Shown here in pieces: positions 19,972-29,370 of a DNA stretch of 64,000 nt (position 1 is its first letter; every line of letters begins with the position of its first letter). The notes beneath the pieces are model-generated. The model was not told the DNA's origin, did no database searches, and saw only the letters and a program-made list of their open reading frames with translations. The translations under genes were made by a program, and so were the position numbers. Source of the stretch: Candidatus Hecatella orcuttiae (GTDB taxonomy: Archaea; Thermoproteota; Bathyarchaeia; Hecatellales; Hecatellaceae); assembly GCA_002011035.2 (NCBI GenBank), contig MTLY02000001.1, forward strand, positions 416,001 through 480,000. Direction: 5' to 3'.

Positions 19972-21103
19972 TTATTTTTGCATTACGTTCACTAAATAAC
20001 ATCTCTGCAAATTTCCTACAGTTTTTACTCATTTGTAATAATTCATTCCGATTTTTAAAGAAATATATAATTTGACTTTTAATTTTATCAACATCCGGCT
20101 CAACAAGCACACTAACAGATGGCTCTAAGATTTCAGAAATTCCGCTTCTGTTAGTAGCTATGACAGGTGTACCACAAGAGAGAGCTTCAGGGAGAACCCT
20201 ACCAAAAGGTTCATCATATATCGAGGGAACAACTACAAGATCTGCGGCGTTATAACAGATAGCTAAATGTTTTTCGCCGACATTCCCTAAATAAATTACA
20301 TTTTTATAAAAATTGGATCTTAACATATCTTTTACCAGAGGGCCTTCACCGATAAAGACAAAGTATACGTTTTTTTCGCAACTAAACTCCTTGGCAATAT
20401 CAATTAATAATCTAACACCTTTTATCTCCACAAGACGCCCAACAAAAAGTACAATAAATTTATCATTCCAACCGAGCTTTCTTTTACACCAGATTTTATC
20501 TAATGGTTTAAATACTTCTTGGTTAACCCAGTGTGTGAAAACTTTAATTTTTTTATTATCTAATCCTATATAAGTTAATTCTTTTTTCGACCTATTAGAT
20601 AAAGTTAATATAGTATTAAAAGAGTTTAAAATTGTTTTTAACATTTTAATAAGTATAGGTTTTTTATCTACATTATAAATAGTGTGAAGACTAATAATAG
20701 TTCTTTTTTTAAAAAACTTAACAAGTATCTTAACAATGAAAGCACTAATAATGCCATGCGCATGAATAACATCAATTTTTTTATGATATTTAAGCATAAA
20801 AAATAAGGAGTAAATCAGTAACATCGGTGCAAAATAAAGAAACTTAAGCTGAGGATAAGATTCCAGTTTATAAAATAAGTGACCAAACAAATAAACTCTA
20901 TGGATTTCTAAATTACTTTTTCTTTCGATTCTTTCACCTAATACTTTTGTTATTGTAGGTTGAGGAGCAATTACATAAACTCGATAATTACGCTTTATTA
21001 AATAATTACAAAGATCATCTAGATGAGTTTCCAATCCTCCAATATTCGGCCTAAAACCAGTAGTAATAAATAAAATAGTTTTTAAAAAGGTATTAGAGGA
21101 CAA
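19946..21103 (-). CDS. Glycosyltransferase family 4
   Basis: 'PNIGGLETH', 'DVIHAH', 'FVGRLVEIKG', 'PSIYDEPFGRVLPEALSCGTPVI'. Confidence 0.92.
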   Translation of the reverse strand: MSSNTFLKTILFITTGFRPNIGGLETHLDDLCNYLIKRNYRVYVIAPQPTITKVLGERIERKSNLEIHRVYLFGHLFYKLESYPQLKFLYFAPMLLIYSLFFMLKYHKKIDVIHAHGIISAFIVKILVKFFKKRTIISLHTIYNVDKKPILIKMLKTILNSFNTILTLSNRSKKELTYIGLDNKKIKVFTHWVNQEVFKPLDKIWCKRKLGWNDKFIVLFVGRLVEIKGVRLLIDIAKEFSCEKNVYFVFIGEGPLVKDMLRSNFYKNVIYLGNVGEKHLAICYNAADLVVVPSIYDEPFGRVLPEALSCGTPVIATNRSGISEILEPSVSVLVEPDVDKIKSQIIYFFKNRNELLQMSKNCRKFAEMLFSERNAKIIEESYKGG

Positions 21104-21155
21104 CTTTTTTCTTTCTCTCCTGTGTAGATGAAGTTTCCCCTTTAAAAAGACCTAT

Positions 21156-22700
21156 TTATTTCGATTTTCCGCCTTCTAAACGAGTTTTCGAAAAATAATC
21201 AACTTCACCTGTGACTAAAGCATTTAATACTATTTTTAAGCCGTTTAATCCAATTTTTAACATATACCTTAAATCTTCAACAGACCCCAGTTTATTTGAT
21301 AATTTAACTAGGTTATTAGGTTTGAAATAATTAAGTATACGATATTTTAAAAATTCGATATGTGCCTTGTTGGCTAATTTTATCAATTCTTCACTCTTAA
21401 AGTATCTAGTATTATGTGAAGTCTTGGTCACAGAATCGTATAAACTCTCATTTTTTATCAAACCATTTTTCTTAAAAATACCATATAAATCTGTGCCGGG
21501 ATACGGGGTCGCTATATAAAATGTTGCAAAGTCAAGCCCTGATTTTTTTGCGAATTCTATTGTTTGATTTATTGAGTCTAAAGTTTCGTTAGGAAATCCT
21601 ATTACAAATGTTGAATGAGTCCATAACCCTATATCATTACAGAATTTTATCACTTTACGCGCGTAATTCAGATTTACTGGCTTTCTAACGAAATTTAATG
21701 TTTCTTTACAGCCTGATTCAATACCAAATGTTGCTCTATAATATCCACTTTTTTTCATCATTGTTAATACTTCTTTATCTAATGTCCAAAAAGCAATCCC
21801 GTTTGGTGTTGACCATTTTATATCAATGTGACGCGTAATAATTTCATTACAAATTCTCATAACTCTTTTCTTATCTAAAGTAAAATTATCATCTAGAATT
21901 GCTAACTCCCTAATTCTATATTTTTCTACTAAAAATTCTATTTCATCAGCAACATTTTTTGGGCTCCTTGCTCTCCATTTACGTCCCCATACAGAATGGA
22001 TTGAACAAAATACACAATTAAAAGGACAACCTCTACTAGTGATTATTGAAGTGCGAGGAGAACGAACTGCATACATATGGGCACGTGGATCGTTGAGATA
22101 AATATGCATAGGTAATAAATGTCTAGCCGGAAACGGTAAAATATCTAAATGCTGAATAAACTCTCTTGGGGGGGTTTTTATAATTTTTCCATTTTTTTTA
22201 AAAACTATCCCTTTTACTTCTGAGATATCTTTTTCCATCAGTACGTTATCAACTATGTTTAGAAAGGTCATTTCTCCCTCTCCTATGACAACAATATCTA
22301 TGCTTTCATCTTTTAGTATAATTTCAGGTATCGCTGAGGCATGCGCTCCGCCAAAAATTATGTGGGCTTTTGGATAAAGCTCCTTAATTATTTTTGCAAC
22401 TTTATGTGCTTCCATGGCAGATGACGTATAAGGACAGCTAATTCCAACTATATCCGGGTTAAGTGATTTAACCCGCTCTTTAAGACTCTCTATATTTAAC
22501 CCAACTCTGATTAAACCATTTTTTAAAACTTTAATAATGTTTGATCCCTCAGCTAACGAATCTATCAGATGTACATTAACTTCTTTTTCTTCAAGAACTG
22601 CAGCAATATAGGCTAATCCAAGAGGGGGAAATAATTCGGGGAGGTCTGTGGGTGCACATATTGTTGGAGGGAAAATTAATAAAATTGTTAAAGAAATTTT
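21156..22700 (-). CDS. B12-binding radical SAM protein (class B methyltransferase-like); 5' end lacks a canonical start
   Basis: CxxxCxxC 'SRGCPFNCVFC', 'GGAHAS', 'GEGE', 'FGIESG', 'TPYPGT'. The frame stays open upstream of the tracked ATG (22415) to 22700 and encodes the typical 'ILLIFPP...PPLGLAYIAAVL...PDIVGIS' B12-domain start. Confidence 0.85.
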   Translation of the reverse strand, partial: KISLTILLIFPPTICAPTDLPELFPPLGLAYIAAVLEEKEVNVHLIDSLAEGSNIIKVLKNGLIRVGLNIESLKERVKSLNPDIVGISCPYTSSAMEAHKVAKIIKELYPKAHIIFGGAHASAIPEIILKDESIDIVVIGEGEMTFLNIVDNVLMEKDISEVKGIVFKKNGKIIKTPPREFIQHLDILPFPARHLLPMHIYLNDPRAHMYAVRSPRTSIITSRGCPFNCVFCSIHSVWGRKWRARSPKNVADEIEFLVEKYRIRELAILDDNFTLDKKRVMRICNEIITRHIDIKWSTPNGIAFWTLDKEVLTMMKKSGYYRATFGIESGCKETLNFVRKPVNLNYARKVIKFCNDIGLWTHSTFVIGFPNETLDSINQTIEFAKKSGLDFATFYIATPYPGTDLYGIFKKNGLIKNESLYDSVTKTSHNTRYFKSEELIKLANKAHIEFLKYRILNYFKPNNLVKLSNKLGSVEDLRYMLKIGLNGLKIVLNALVTGEVDYFSKTRLEGGKSK

Positions 22701-22712
22701 TTACAACCTTTT

Positions 22713-23537
22713 TTATATTTTCAATGATGAAATCTTTGAGTAAACTAGGCCAGCAGTCCCAGCGATGTATTCAACAAACTTTATGAAGAGCATGCCGCAG
22801 GCATATAAAGGTTGATTAGCAAGTATTCTCCATTTCCTTATAAAATTTAACCTTATAGGCATTAGTTGAACCATAGCCCTTTTGGGTTGCTTTTTGGCAT
22901 AATAAATATAGGTTTTGCCGTACCGATAACTCCTAATTACTAGCTCCCTTAACTTTACATGTCCTTCAAGATGTTTCATAATTGCCTTAACGGAGATTAT
23001 TTTGTATTTTGCATCTTCTACACGCGCATGCAACTCTTTATCTTCACCAGCTTCGAGCATCTCATCATATCCACCTAACTTCTCGAAAACACTCTTTCTA
23101 TAAAATCTAGCGCTTTCAACTAGAGGATCGCCTATATATGTGAGGCGTTCCAAAGCCCTACACTTTGCCCAAAAACCTTCACCAACTCTTACTTCCGGGA
23201 TCATCACAGCATCAACACAATCATTCACCACCTTTTGAACACATTCTTCGATAACTTTTGGGGTTAATTTCTGATCTGCATCTAAAAAAATCAGAAACTC
23301 TCCTTTTGCCTTCCATGCCCCATAATTTCTTGCCTGGGACCTTAAAGCCTTTACTTGAAAAACTGTTGGACCGTATTTCTCTGCAATTTTTACAGTGTCA
23401 TCTGTGCTATAGTTGTCTACTACTATAATCTCTAGGTTGGGATAGGTTTGCCGTTTAACCGATCCTAAACAGACATCCAAAGTTTTAGAGGAGTTATGCG
23501 TCGGAACGACCACCGACACCAAAGGCGCCTCTTTCAC
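22713..23537 (-). CDS. Glycosyltransferase family 2
   Basis: 'VSVVVPTHN', 'EIIVVDNYSTDDT', 'ARNYGA', 'FLDAD', 'GGYDE..GED'. Confidence 0.92.
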   Translation of the reverse strand: MKEAPLVSVVVPTHNSSKTLDVCLGSVKRQTYPNLEIIVVDNYSTDDTVKIAEKYGPTVFQVKALRSQARNYGAWKAKGEFLIFLDADQKLTPKVIEECVQKVVNDCVDAVMIPEVRVGEGFWAKCRALERLTYIGDPLVESARFYRKSVFEKLGGYDEMLEAGEDKELHARVEDAKYKIISVKAIMKHLEGHVKLRELVIRSYRYGKTYIYYAKKQPKRAMVQLMPIRLNFIRKWRILANQPLYACGMLFIKFVEYIAGTAGLVYSKISSLKI

Positions 23538-23604
23538 AATCTATCCCTTGGGCTGAGCCGCCTTTTCCGCCTCAATAACCACGTTAAACCTAACGTTAAT
23601 GTAG

Positions 23605-23886
23605 CTACTTTCCTGACAGGTTAGGCTTGCTTAACAACTCATCCACGTCTAATATTTCAACCGCAGTTATTTTTCCCGAATTTTTATCCCTGAAAAGATG
23701 TATTTGCGGATGGACGGGTTCTCCCATCTCGGCTTGGATTGGCTTTTCAAACCTTATGCATAGAAGGCTTAACTTCGGCTCTAAACTTACCTCAATGACT
23801 TCGGAGGGGAAATCGATTTTAACCATATCCCCAACTCTATCAACCAGCTTTTTCAGATCTAACTTTAGCAGAGAGGCCGTAGCCAC
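23605..23886 (-). CDS. DUF2283-like small protein
   Basis: 'LLCIRFEKP...HLFRDKNSGKITAVEILD' matches the DUF2283 pattern. GTG start behind a GGGTGAG SD-like sequence. Confidence 0.55.
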   Translation of the reverse strand: MATASLLKLDLKKLVDRVGDMVKIDFPSEVIEVSLEPKLSLLCIRFEKPIQAEMGEPVHPQIHLFRDKNSGKITAVEILDVDELLSKPNLSGK

Positions 23887-23944
23887 CTCACCCTTTTCAT
23901 CCTAGCGTAGGCTTTAACTTTATAGCCGACTAACGGTCTTCACC

Positions 23945-24742
23945 TTACCGCCTCTCAGCTATGATGCCTATGTTGCTCTTATACCGTCTGGGCAGAAACC
24001 TGTCCAGACACGTAAAAAGGAGGAGAAACGGAAAAATCGACTTATAGATTCCTAAAGCACCCCTCACAAACAACGATTTCTCATCAAACAACCTATTCAG
24101 GTTAGAGGGGGTATATCCGAAAATGCTCCCAAGCTTGATTATGCAACATTCAACTAACGCCGTCAGAGGCCCGCAACCATACTTATTCCTAAGCGTTTTA
24201 AACCCCGAATCTTCGATAAGCTTCGAGATTTCTGCGATAGAGTAACCCCTTCTGAAGTGTCCGACACTGTTATCGACCATGTCTCGCTGCCAATTCACAA
24301 AAACGTTATCGCACAATATATTCGGCACAGATAATATCAGCCTCCCTGAAGGTTTCATCACCCTCGCCAACTCCGCCAAAACTGCTTTATCCTTTGAAAC
24401 ATGCTCCAACACCTCGCTACAAATAACGTGGTCAAACACCGAGCCCCGGAAAGGAAGCTTCGTAGCGTCGCCGACGACAAACATGTTTTCAGGGTAAAAC
24501 CTATGGGCCAGTTTAATCGATAGAGCGTCAACATCTAACCCCACATACTGTTCCTCATCAAGCCTATATGCATAGGACCCCCTACCACAACCACAATCTA
24601 AAACAAGCGGCCGCGCATTTCCAACCTCAGAGTTGTAAAGACCCCAAACAGTACGCATGATACTGTATTTTCCTATCAGGTAAAAGTCTACAGGTTTAGT
24701 CTTTGACCTTTTAGGTTCTCGCCGAAGCAAAGTCTTTAACAT
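23945..24742 (-). CDS. Class I SAM methyltransferase (Methyltransf_11)
   Basis: 'VLDCGCGRG', 'GDATKLPF..FDHVICSEVLEHV', 'LARVMKPSGRLILSVP', 'GHFRRGYS'. True start probably internal. Confidence 0.88.
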   Translation of the reverse strand: MLKTLLRREPKRSKTKPVDFYLIGKYSIMRTVWGLYNSEVGNARPLVLDCGCGRGSYAYRLDEEQYVGLDVDALSIKLAHRFYPENMFVVGDATKLPFRGSVFDHVICSEVLEHVSKDKAVLAELARVMKPSGRLILSVPNILCDNVFVNWQRDMVDNSVGHFRRGYSIAEISKLIEDSGFKTLRNKYGCGPLTALVECCIIKLGSIFGYTPSNLNRLFDEKSLFVRGALGIYKSIFPFLLLFTCLDRFLPRRYKSNIGIIAERR

Positions 24743-26180
24743 GCCCTACAGCCGCTTTAATGCCGCGGAGGTTAAGCATGAAATCGTCCTTGGACACCAG
24801 CGACTTCACGAATCGGCGGAGAATATATTTGGGCGAAAGGTAGATCTTGTAAATCTCATCGCAGAATTCCACCACTTCCTCCGCTGTCATGTCCTCCGTC
24901 TTTAAAACAGGTTCGGTCATGTCGTACCTTTCATAATCCTTTGGGTCAACCCTGAACCAGTCGAACTGGATGGCCTGCCGGTATAATTCCGTGCCAGGGT
25001 AGGGAATGACAATAGTGCTCTGCAGCACGTCTGCCAGTCCGTCTTCCATCAGCTTCTTAGCCAAAGCCAACGTCCTGAGAGCGTCTTCTCTTGTCTCCCA
25101 AGGGTAGCCGACCATGATGGTCAGGTGTATCTCCAAACCAGCCTCCTTCGCTATCCTAGACCCCTCCACAATCTGCTGGACGGCGATGCCCTTGTTTATT
25201 CTGTCCAAGGTTTCCTGGCTTGCAGATTCAAGGCCGACCTTCAACAGGCGGAACCCCGCCTTCTTCATCAGCCTGCATACCTCTCTGCCAACTTGGTCGT
25301 AGCGGAAGTTACAGGAAAACAGCACCTCCTCATGGTATCCTCTTTCCACCATACCCTTACAAAATCTCTCCAGCCAACGCCCCAGCGGGAAAGTCCCCGT
25401 ATCGTCAAAGATCTCCCGGACATGGAACTTCTCGACCAGGTAGCCGATCTCGTCCAGATGCCTTTCAGGGCTTCTCACCCTAAACTTCGGGTAGGGCACC
25501 GTCCATGCGCAAAAGGTGCAGCCCCCCGCCTTCCTCCACCAACAATCCCTCCCAGCCATGGTATAGGTGAAAACCTTCCGCTTGTACCAGTTTTCACGGT
25601 ATAGTTGATATTTCGTTAAAACCCTGTCTATGAAGGGGATCCCATCCAAATCGCCGACCAGCTCAAAGGGCCCGGAGTTTCTTATCCCCCCATCCTCACG
25701 ATACCATACCCCCTTAGGCATAGGGCTTTCATCCTCCAGATGTTTGGCTAACCCCAGCAGCGAAACGTCGAAGTCCCCCCCAGTTACGACATAATCCACA
25801 TGGCTCAGCTCCATGCTTTCCTGCGGGAAGGCGGTAACATGGTCTCCCACCAGAACGGTCTTAACCTCGCTTAACAGCTCCTTTAAACGGTCGACTATCT
25901 GCCAATGCTGTTTTACCACAGGCGTTTTGGTTTCAAAAACCACCAAGTCCGGCCGGCTTTTTTGAACATGATCCATAAACTGCCCGTAAGACCACTGTTG
26001 GGCTATGCCGTCGACAAATTCAACCTCAAAGCCGTTTATTTTTAAAAGGGTGGCAGCGCTGGCCGGAACCATGGGATATATGAAGGTGGGATGCGAAAAC
26101 CACTGGAACTGGCGGTTCTGGGTCAGCTGAGGAACGCCTTTCACCTCTAACAAAGGCGGGAAGGCTATCATCACTTTCAT
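24711..26180 (-). CDS. B12-binding radical SAM protein, HpnJ-like
   Basis: N-terminal 'MIAFPP...YPMVPASAA', variant cluster motif 'GRDCWWRKAGGCTFCAW' (CX7CX2C), 'LLKVGLESASQ', 'IPYPGTELY'. Confidence 0.8.
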   Translation of the reverse strand: MKVMIAFPPLLEVKGVPQLTQNRQFQWFSHPTFIYPMVPASAATLLKINGFEVEFVDGIAQQWSYGQFMDHVQKSRPDLVVFETKTPVVKQHWQIVDRLKELLSEVKTVLVGDHVTAFPQESMELSHVDYVVTGGDFDVSLLGLAKHLEDESPMPKGVWYREDGGIRNSGPFELVGDLDGIPFIDRVLTKYQLYRENWYKRKVFTYTMAGRDCWWRKAGGCTFCAWTVPYPKFRVRSPERHLDEIGYLVEKFHVREIFDDTGTFPLGRWLERFCKGMVERGYHEEVLFSCNFRYDQVGREVCRLMKKAGFRLLKVGLESASQETLDRINKGIAVQQIVEGSRIAKEAGLEIHLTIMVGYPWETREDALRTLALAKKLMEDGLADVLQSTIVIPYPGTELYRQAIQFDWFRVDPKDYERYDMTEPVLKTEDMTAEEVVEFCDEIYKIYLSPKYILRRFVKSLVSKDDFMLNLRGIKAAVGHVKDFASART

Positions 26181-26185
26181 CGCTG

Positions 26186-27157
26186 TTAGACCTTTTTCGA
26201 AAAAAACCCTCTGATGAAGGAAAGACCGTAGCAGAGGTGCGTCGCCATTGTTCCTAGAAAAACGTGGAGGACCATTTTAACATTCCTTTCCTTCAAGCCG
26301 GCTGAGATTCCACTCGACAGCGAAAGAAGCACGTAGGCGAGAATCGATAAAACATAGAGCAGACGAATAACCGGATTAACCAACGCCAAGGGGAAGCCGC
26401 CGACCACTCCCACAATCAATAGGGCTGGCATGAAAAACTGCAGCCTGACAAATTTCGGGTAAGACTTGGACAGATGCCCCTTAACGAGGCCGTAGCTCCA
26501 TATCTGCTTGAGGTGAGGGCGGTAAAGCGGCCTTCGACGATGGTAAACCAGCACCCGCGGGTCATACAGTATTTTCATCCCCAGCTTGTGGGTGATCAGC
26601 CCGCAGAATACGATCTCCTCCCCAGGCCACACGTCCGGGGCCAGTTTTTCAACGGCTCCCAGCACAGATTTTCGAATCACTAGGTTACAGGTAGGCGTCT
26701 CGGTGATGTATACCAGTCTTTCATGCGGCCTATACCGAATCGACGCGGCGCCAGCTCCCAAGGAGGAAGCCAAAATGAGGCTGCTGGCCTTCTCCATCAC
26801 ACTGCTTTTCTCGTCCGTTAGAGAGGGCCCGGCTACGGCGGCAACCTCAGGGTTCACGAAGTGGGGAACAGCGTTTTTCAGCCAGCCAGGGTCTGGGTAG
26901 GCGTCGGAGTCGATGAAGGCGCAAATCTCCCCATCGGAAGCAACACTCCCAATGAAACGTTTTTTCAGAGGCTTAACAGCCCCCGTGGGGATCACCTTAA
27001 CCTTCTCCCCAGAAAGCTCATCCGCCTCGTCCGGGAGCACTATTATTTCGTAGTTTGTGTAGCTTAACTTCGAGCAACGTTCGACGCATTTCTTGGTATA
27101 GGTGTCCACCGTCTTACAGGGGATTATTATCGCTACTTTCGGCTCTTTGAATACCAG
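26186..27157 (-). CDS. Glycosyltransferase family 2 with C-terminal TM helices
   Basis: 'YEIIVLPD', 'AFIDSDAYP', 'TCNLVIRK', 'WPGEE'. The conserved 'KVAIIIPC' first strand lies upstream of the tracked start (27109); candidate CTG start at 27157. Confidence 0.85.
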   Translation of the reverse strand: MVFKEPKVAIIIPCKTVDTYTKKCVERCSKLSYTNYEIIVLPDEADELSGEKVKVIPTGAVKPLKKRFIGSVASDGEICAFIDSDAYPDPGWLKNAVPHFVNPEVAAVAGPSLTDEKSSVMEKASSLILASSLGAGAASIRYRPHERLVYITETPTCNLVIRKSVLGAVEKLAPDVWPGEEIVFCGLITHKLGMKILYDPRVLVYHRRRPLYRPHLKQIWSYGLVKGHLSKSYPKFVRLQFFMPALLIVGVVGGFPLALVNPVIRLLYVLSILAYVLLSLSSGISAGLKERNVKMVLHVFLGTMATHLCYGLSFIRGFFSKKV

Positions 27158-27199
27158 GCGCCTACACCGTCAGCCAGCATTCAAGTTTCATGGGGGCTG

Positions 27200-28168
27200 C
27201 TAGCTTCTGCCAAAAGCAGCCATAAAATAGACTTTTCGGAGAAAGTTCATCACCCTCTCCCGCTTCACATTGAAGCGCCGCTGAACTATAGGATAACTTC
27301 TACCGGAGTTCCCATCGACAAACACGCCGCCGTTTTTCACGGTTTTTAACCTGAGAAGTCTCTTCCCGAAAGCCAAGCTGAGCCTTAAAGCTAACAGGTC
27401 CATGAACATGGTTAAAACCGTCCTCGCAGGGACTATTTTGGACTCCCCCTTAGACCTCTGATCCTGCCACTCCACATTCACCGCCTCCACCGGAACGCCC
27501 AGCCTCCTCGCGTTGACTATGAGGCTTGTGTCGAACAGAAAGCCGTCAGACCTAACCTCCTCCACCACTCGCCTGGCAACTTCAACCCTCATGGCCTTTA
27601 ACCCCGTCTGGTGGTCCCTCACCCCGGTTCTGAAGAGAAGCTTGACCAAGGTGTTATAGCCCACGCTCAGGAGCCTTCTGGCTGCACCGTAGGAACCCCC
27701 TGTGAGCATCCTCCGAACCCCCACAACCAAGCCGCCTTTATCCTTAGCTGAAGCAACAGCGTGGAGGACGTTTTCGCCGAGGCTTACAGGCAGGTCTGCG
27801 TCCAGTATGAGGAGGACTTCACCCCTAGCAACCTGGACGGCATTCCGTATGGTGCCGCCTTTCCCTATTCTCCGCGTAAACCTCAAAACATTCACCTTCC
27901 CCGTGGAAGAGCCGACGGCTTTAGCAACGTCAGGAGTCCCATCTTTGCTGCAGTCGTCGCAGACAACTATCTCGTACTCCAAACTGCTGCCATCGAAAAA
28001 GCTGCACAGCTTATCCAAGGACCTGCCGATGATCTTCGACTCGTTGTAGGCGGGGATGAGAACGGACACGGTGACAGGCTTCACCCTCAAACCTGACAGC
28101 GAGCTTTCAGTTTTAGGTAAAACCGCTTCCCCAAAGGCGGAAATAGCCCGGCTACCTCTTATCGGCAA
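27200..28168 (-). CDS. Glycosyltransferase family 2, dolichyl-phosphate glycosyltransferase (DPM1/AglD/AglJ-like)
   Basis: 'VSVLIPAYNE', 'EIVVCDDCSKDGT', 'GKGG', 'LDADL', 'RDHQTGLKA', 'GFLFDT'. Confidence 0.85.
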   Translation of the reverse strand: MPIRGSRAISAFGEAVLPKTESSLSGLRVKPVTVSVLIPAYNESKIIGRSLDKLCSFFDGSSLEYEIVVCDDCSKDGTPDVAKAVGSSTGKVNVLRFTRRIGKGGTIRNAVQVARGEVLLILDADLPVSLGENVLHAVASAKDKGGLVVGVRRMLTGGSYGAARRLLSVGYNTLVKLLFRTGVRDHQTGLKAMRVEVARRVVEEVRSDGFLFDTSLIVNARRLGVPVEAVNVEWQDQRSKGESKIVPARTVLTMFMDLLALRLSLAFGKRLLRLKTVKNGGVFVDGNSGRSYPIVQRRFNVKRERVMNFLRKVYFMAAFGRS

Positions 28169-28655
28169 GAGCCTTCAATACAGTTGCGGCGGATAAAACC
28201 GCGAAGACCATCAAGCCCTCCCCCGTGAAGAGCGGCGCATCCAAGGTTTTAAAGTAGGAGAACACCGTGGGGGCTGTGAGAACCTTTACGCTGAGGTGAA
28301 TAGCCGGGGAGCTGGCTATGCGAACGGCCGAGTCAACTAAAACCCTGAACGACTGACCGTAGAGCGGCCAAAACAAAGGCGTGTAGTATCCTAGGTCCAT
28401 GACCGGATGGGACAAGGCTGCCAACAGCCCCAAAGCCGCAGGTTTCCGCAGACGAGTCCTCCAAACCAGCAACATGAAGGGAGCTGACAAGGCTAAAATG
28501 ACGACAAGCGAATGGGAAAAAGACCTGTGAACATGAAAAAACACATCCAAATCCGGCAGGACGGCGGCCAAAGAAATAGGCAACGCCCTCCTGAGCTGGA
28601 CCCCTAGGATAGTGAGGGCGGCGAGAGGGATGACAAAGTGGATCAGAGGCTCCAT
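28152..28655 (-). CDS. Membrane-bound metal-dependent hydrolase (YdjM/DUF457-like)
   Basis: 'H..I', 'LPDLDVFFHVHRSFSHSL', 'SHPVMD', 'PLFWP'. Confidence 0.8.
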   Translation of the reverse strand: MEPLIHFVIPLAALTILGVQLRRALPISLAAVLPDLDVFFHVHRSFSHSLVVILALSAPFMLLVWRTRLRKPAALGLLAALSHPVMDLGYYTPLFWPLYGQSFRVLVDSAVRIASSPAIHLSVKVLTAPTVFSYFKTLDAPLFTGEGLMVFAVLSAATVLKALADKR

Positions 28656-28721
28656 ACTTACAGCTCGGGAGGGGGGCGGTGATTTACCTTTGAGAGCCCA
28701 AAGGCGCCTGAGCCTTTGCCC

Positions 28722-29096
28722 TCAACCTTGCACATAATATTTCGTGGAAAGCCGGGTTAACCCAAGCCAGAATACGTACCGGGGCTCTGTCAACCATACC
28801 CTGAGCTGCGGACACCAGGTGAAGACGGCTGATTCCTCGCCGCGGGTCAGCATTTCTTTGGCCGCTGCCACACCAGCCTGAACAATCCGGTTTCCAAGGG
28901 TGTCTTTAATTTTCTCAACTATGCTGAGAAGCTGGCTGGCGACTTTCCAGTTGAGTATTCTGCCCTTGAACCTAGCGTACCATAATGCTGCTTTAAACAA
29001 AGCCTTCTCCGTGGTCTTCAACCTCCTCCAGTTTCCGTTTCTTAAACCCTTCCGCATCCAGCCCAGCAACCCGGCATAACTGAGAATGGGGAACAT
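28722..29096 (-). CDS. Basic hypothetical protein
   Basis: Protein-like composition ('RKGLRNGNWRRL..EKALFKAA'). ATG at 29096 lies about 35 nt below a TATTTAAATA box. Confidence 0.55.
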   Translation of the reverse strand: MFPILSYAGLLGWMRKGLRNGNWRRLKTTEKALFKAALWYARFKGRILNWKVASQLLSIVEKIKDTLGNRIVQAGVAAAKEMLTRGEESAVFTWCPQLRVWLTEPRYVFWLGLTRLSTKYYVQG

Positions 29097-29332
29097 TCCT
29101 AAACCCTTAATCCAGTAGATTCTCGGAACATATTTAAATAGATTTACGACTTCGGAAGAGAAACGGAAAACAAACACCAAAAATAGCTAAAAAAGGCCCT
29201 TTAGGGAAACCATACCGGCAATACTTTAACGAGAATAGGCCGCCTTTTTAGTCGCCGAAGTTGAAATAAATAGATTAAATTAACAGAAACAGTCGAGGAA
29301 ACTTGTCGATTTTTAATTAAGTTCTACTAAAG

Positions 29333-29368
29333 TTTAAATATTTCTAACTTAAGTGTAACTTTGGTTAC
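29333..29368 (+). promoter_or_regulatory. TATA box and inverted-repeat operator of the AbrB-VapC operon
   Basis: TTTAAATA at 29333-29340, then GTAAC-TTTG-GTTAC at 29355-29368 just before the ATG at 29371. Typical layout of an autoregulated leaderless TA operon. Confidence 0.55.
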
Positions 29369-29370
29369 CT

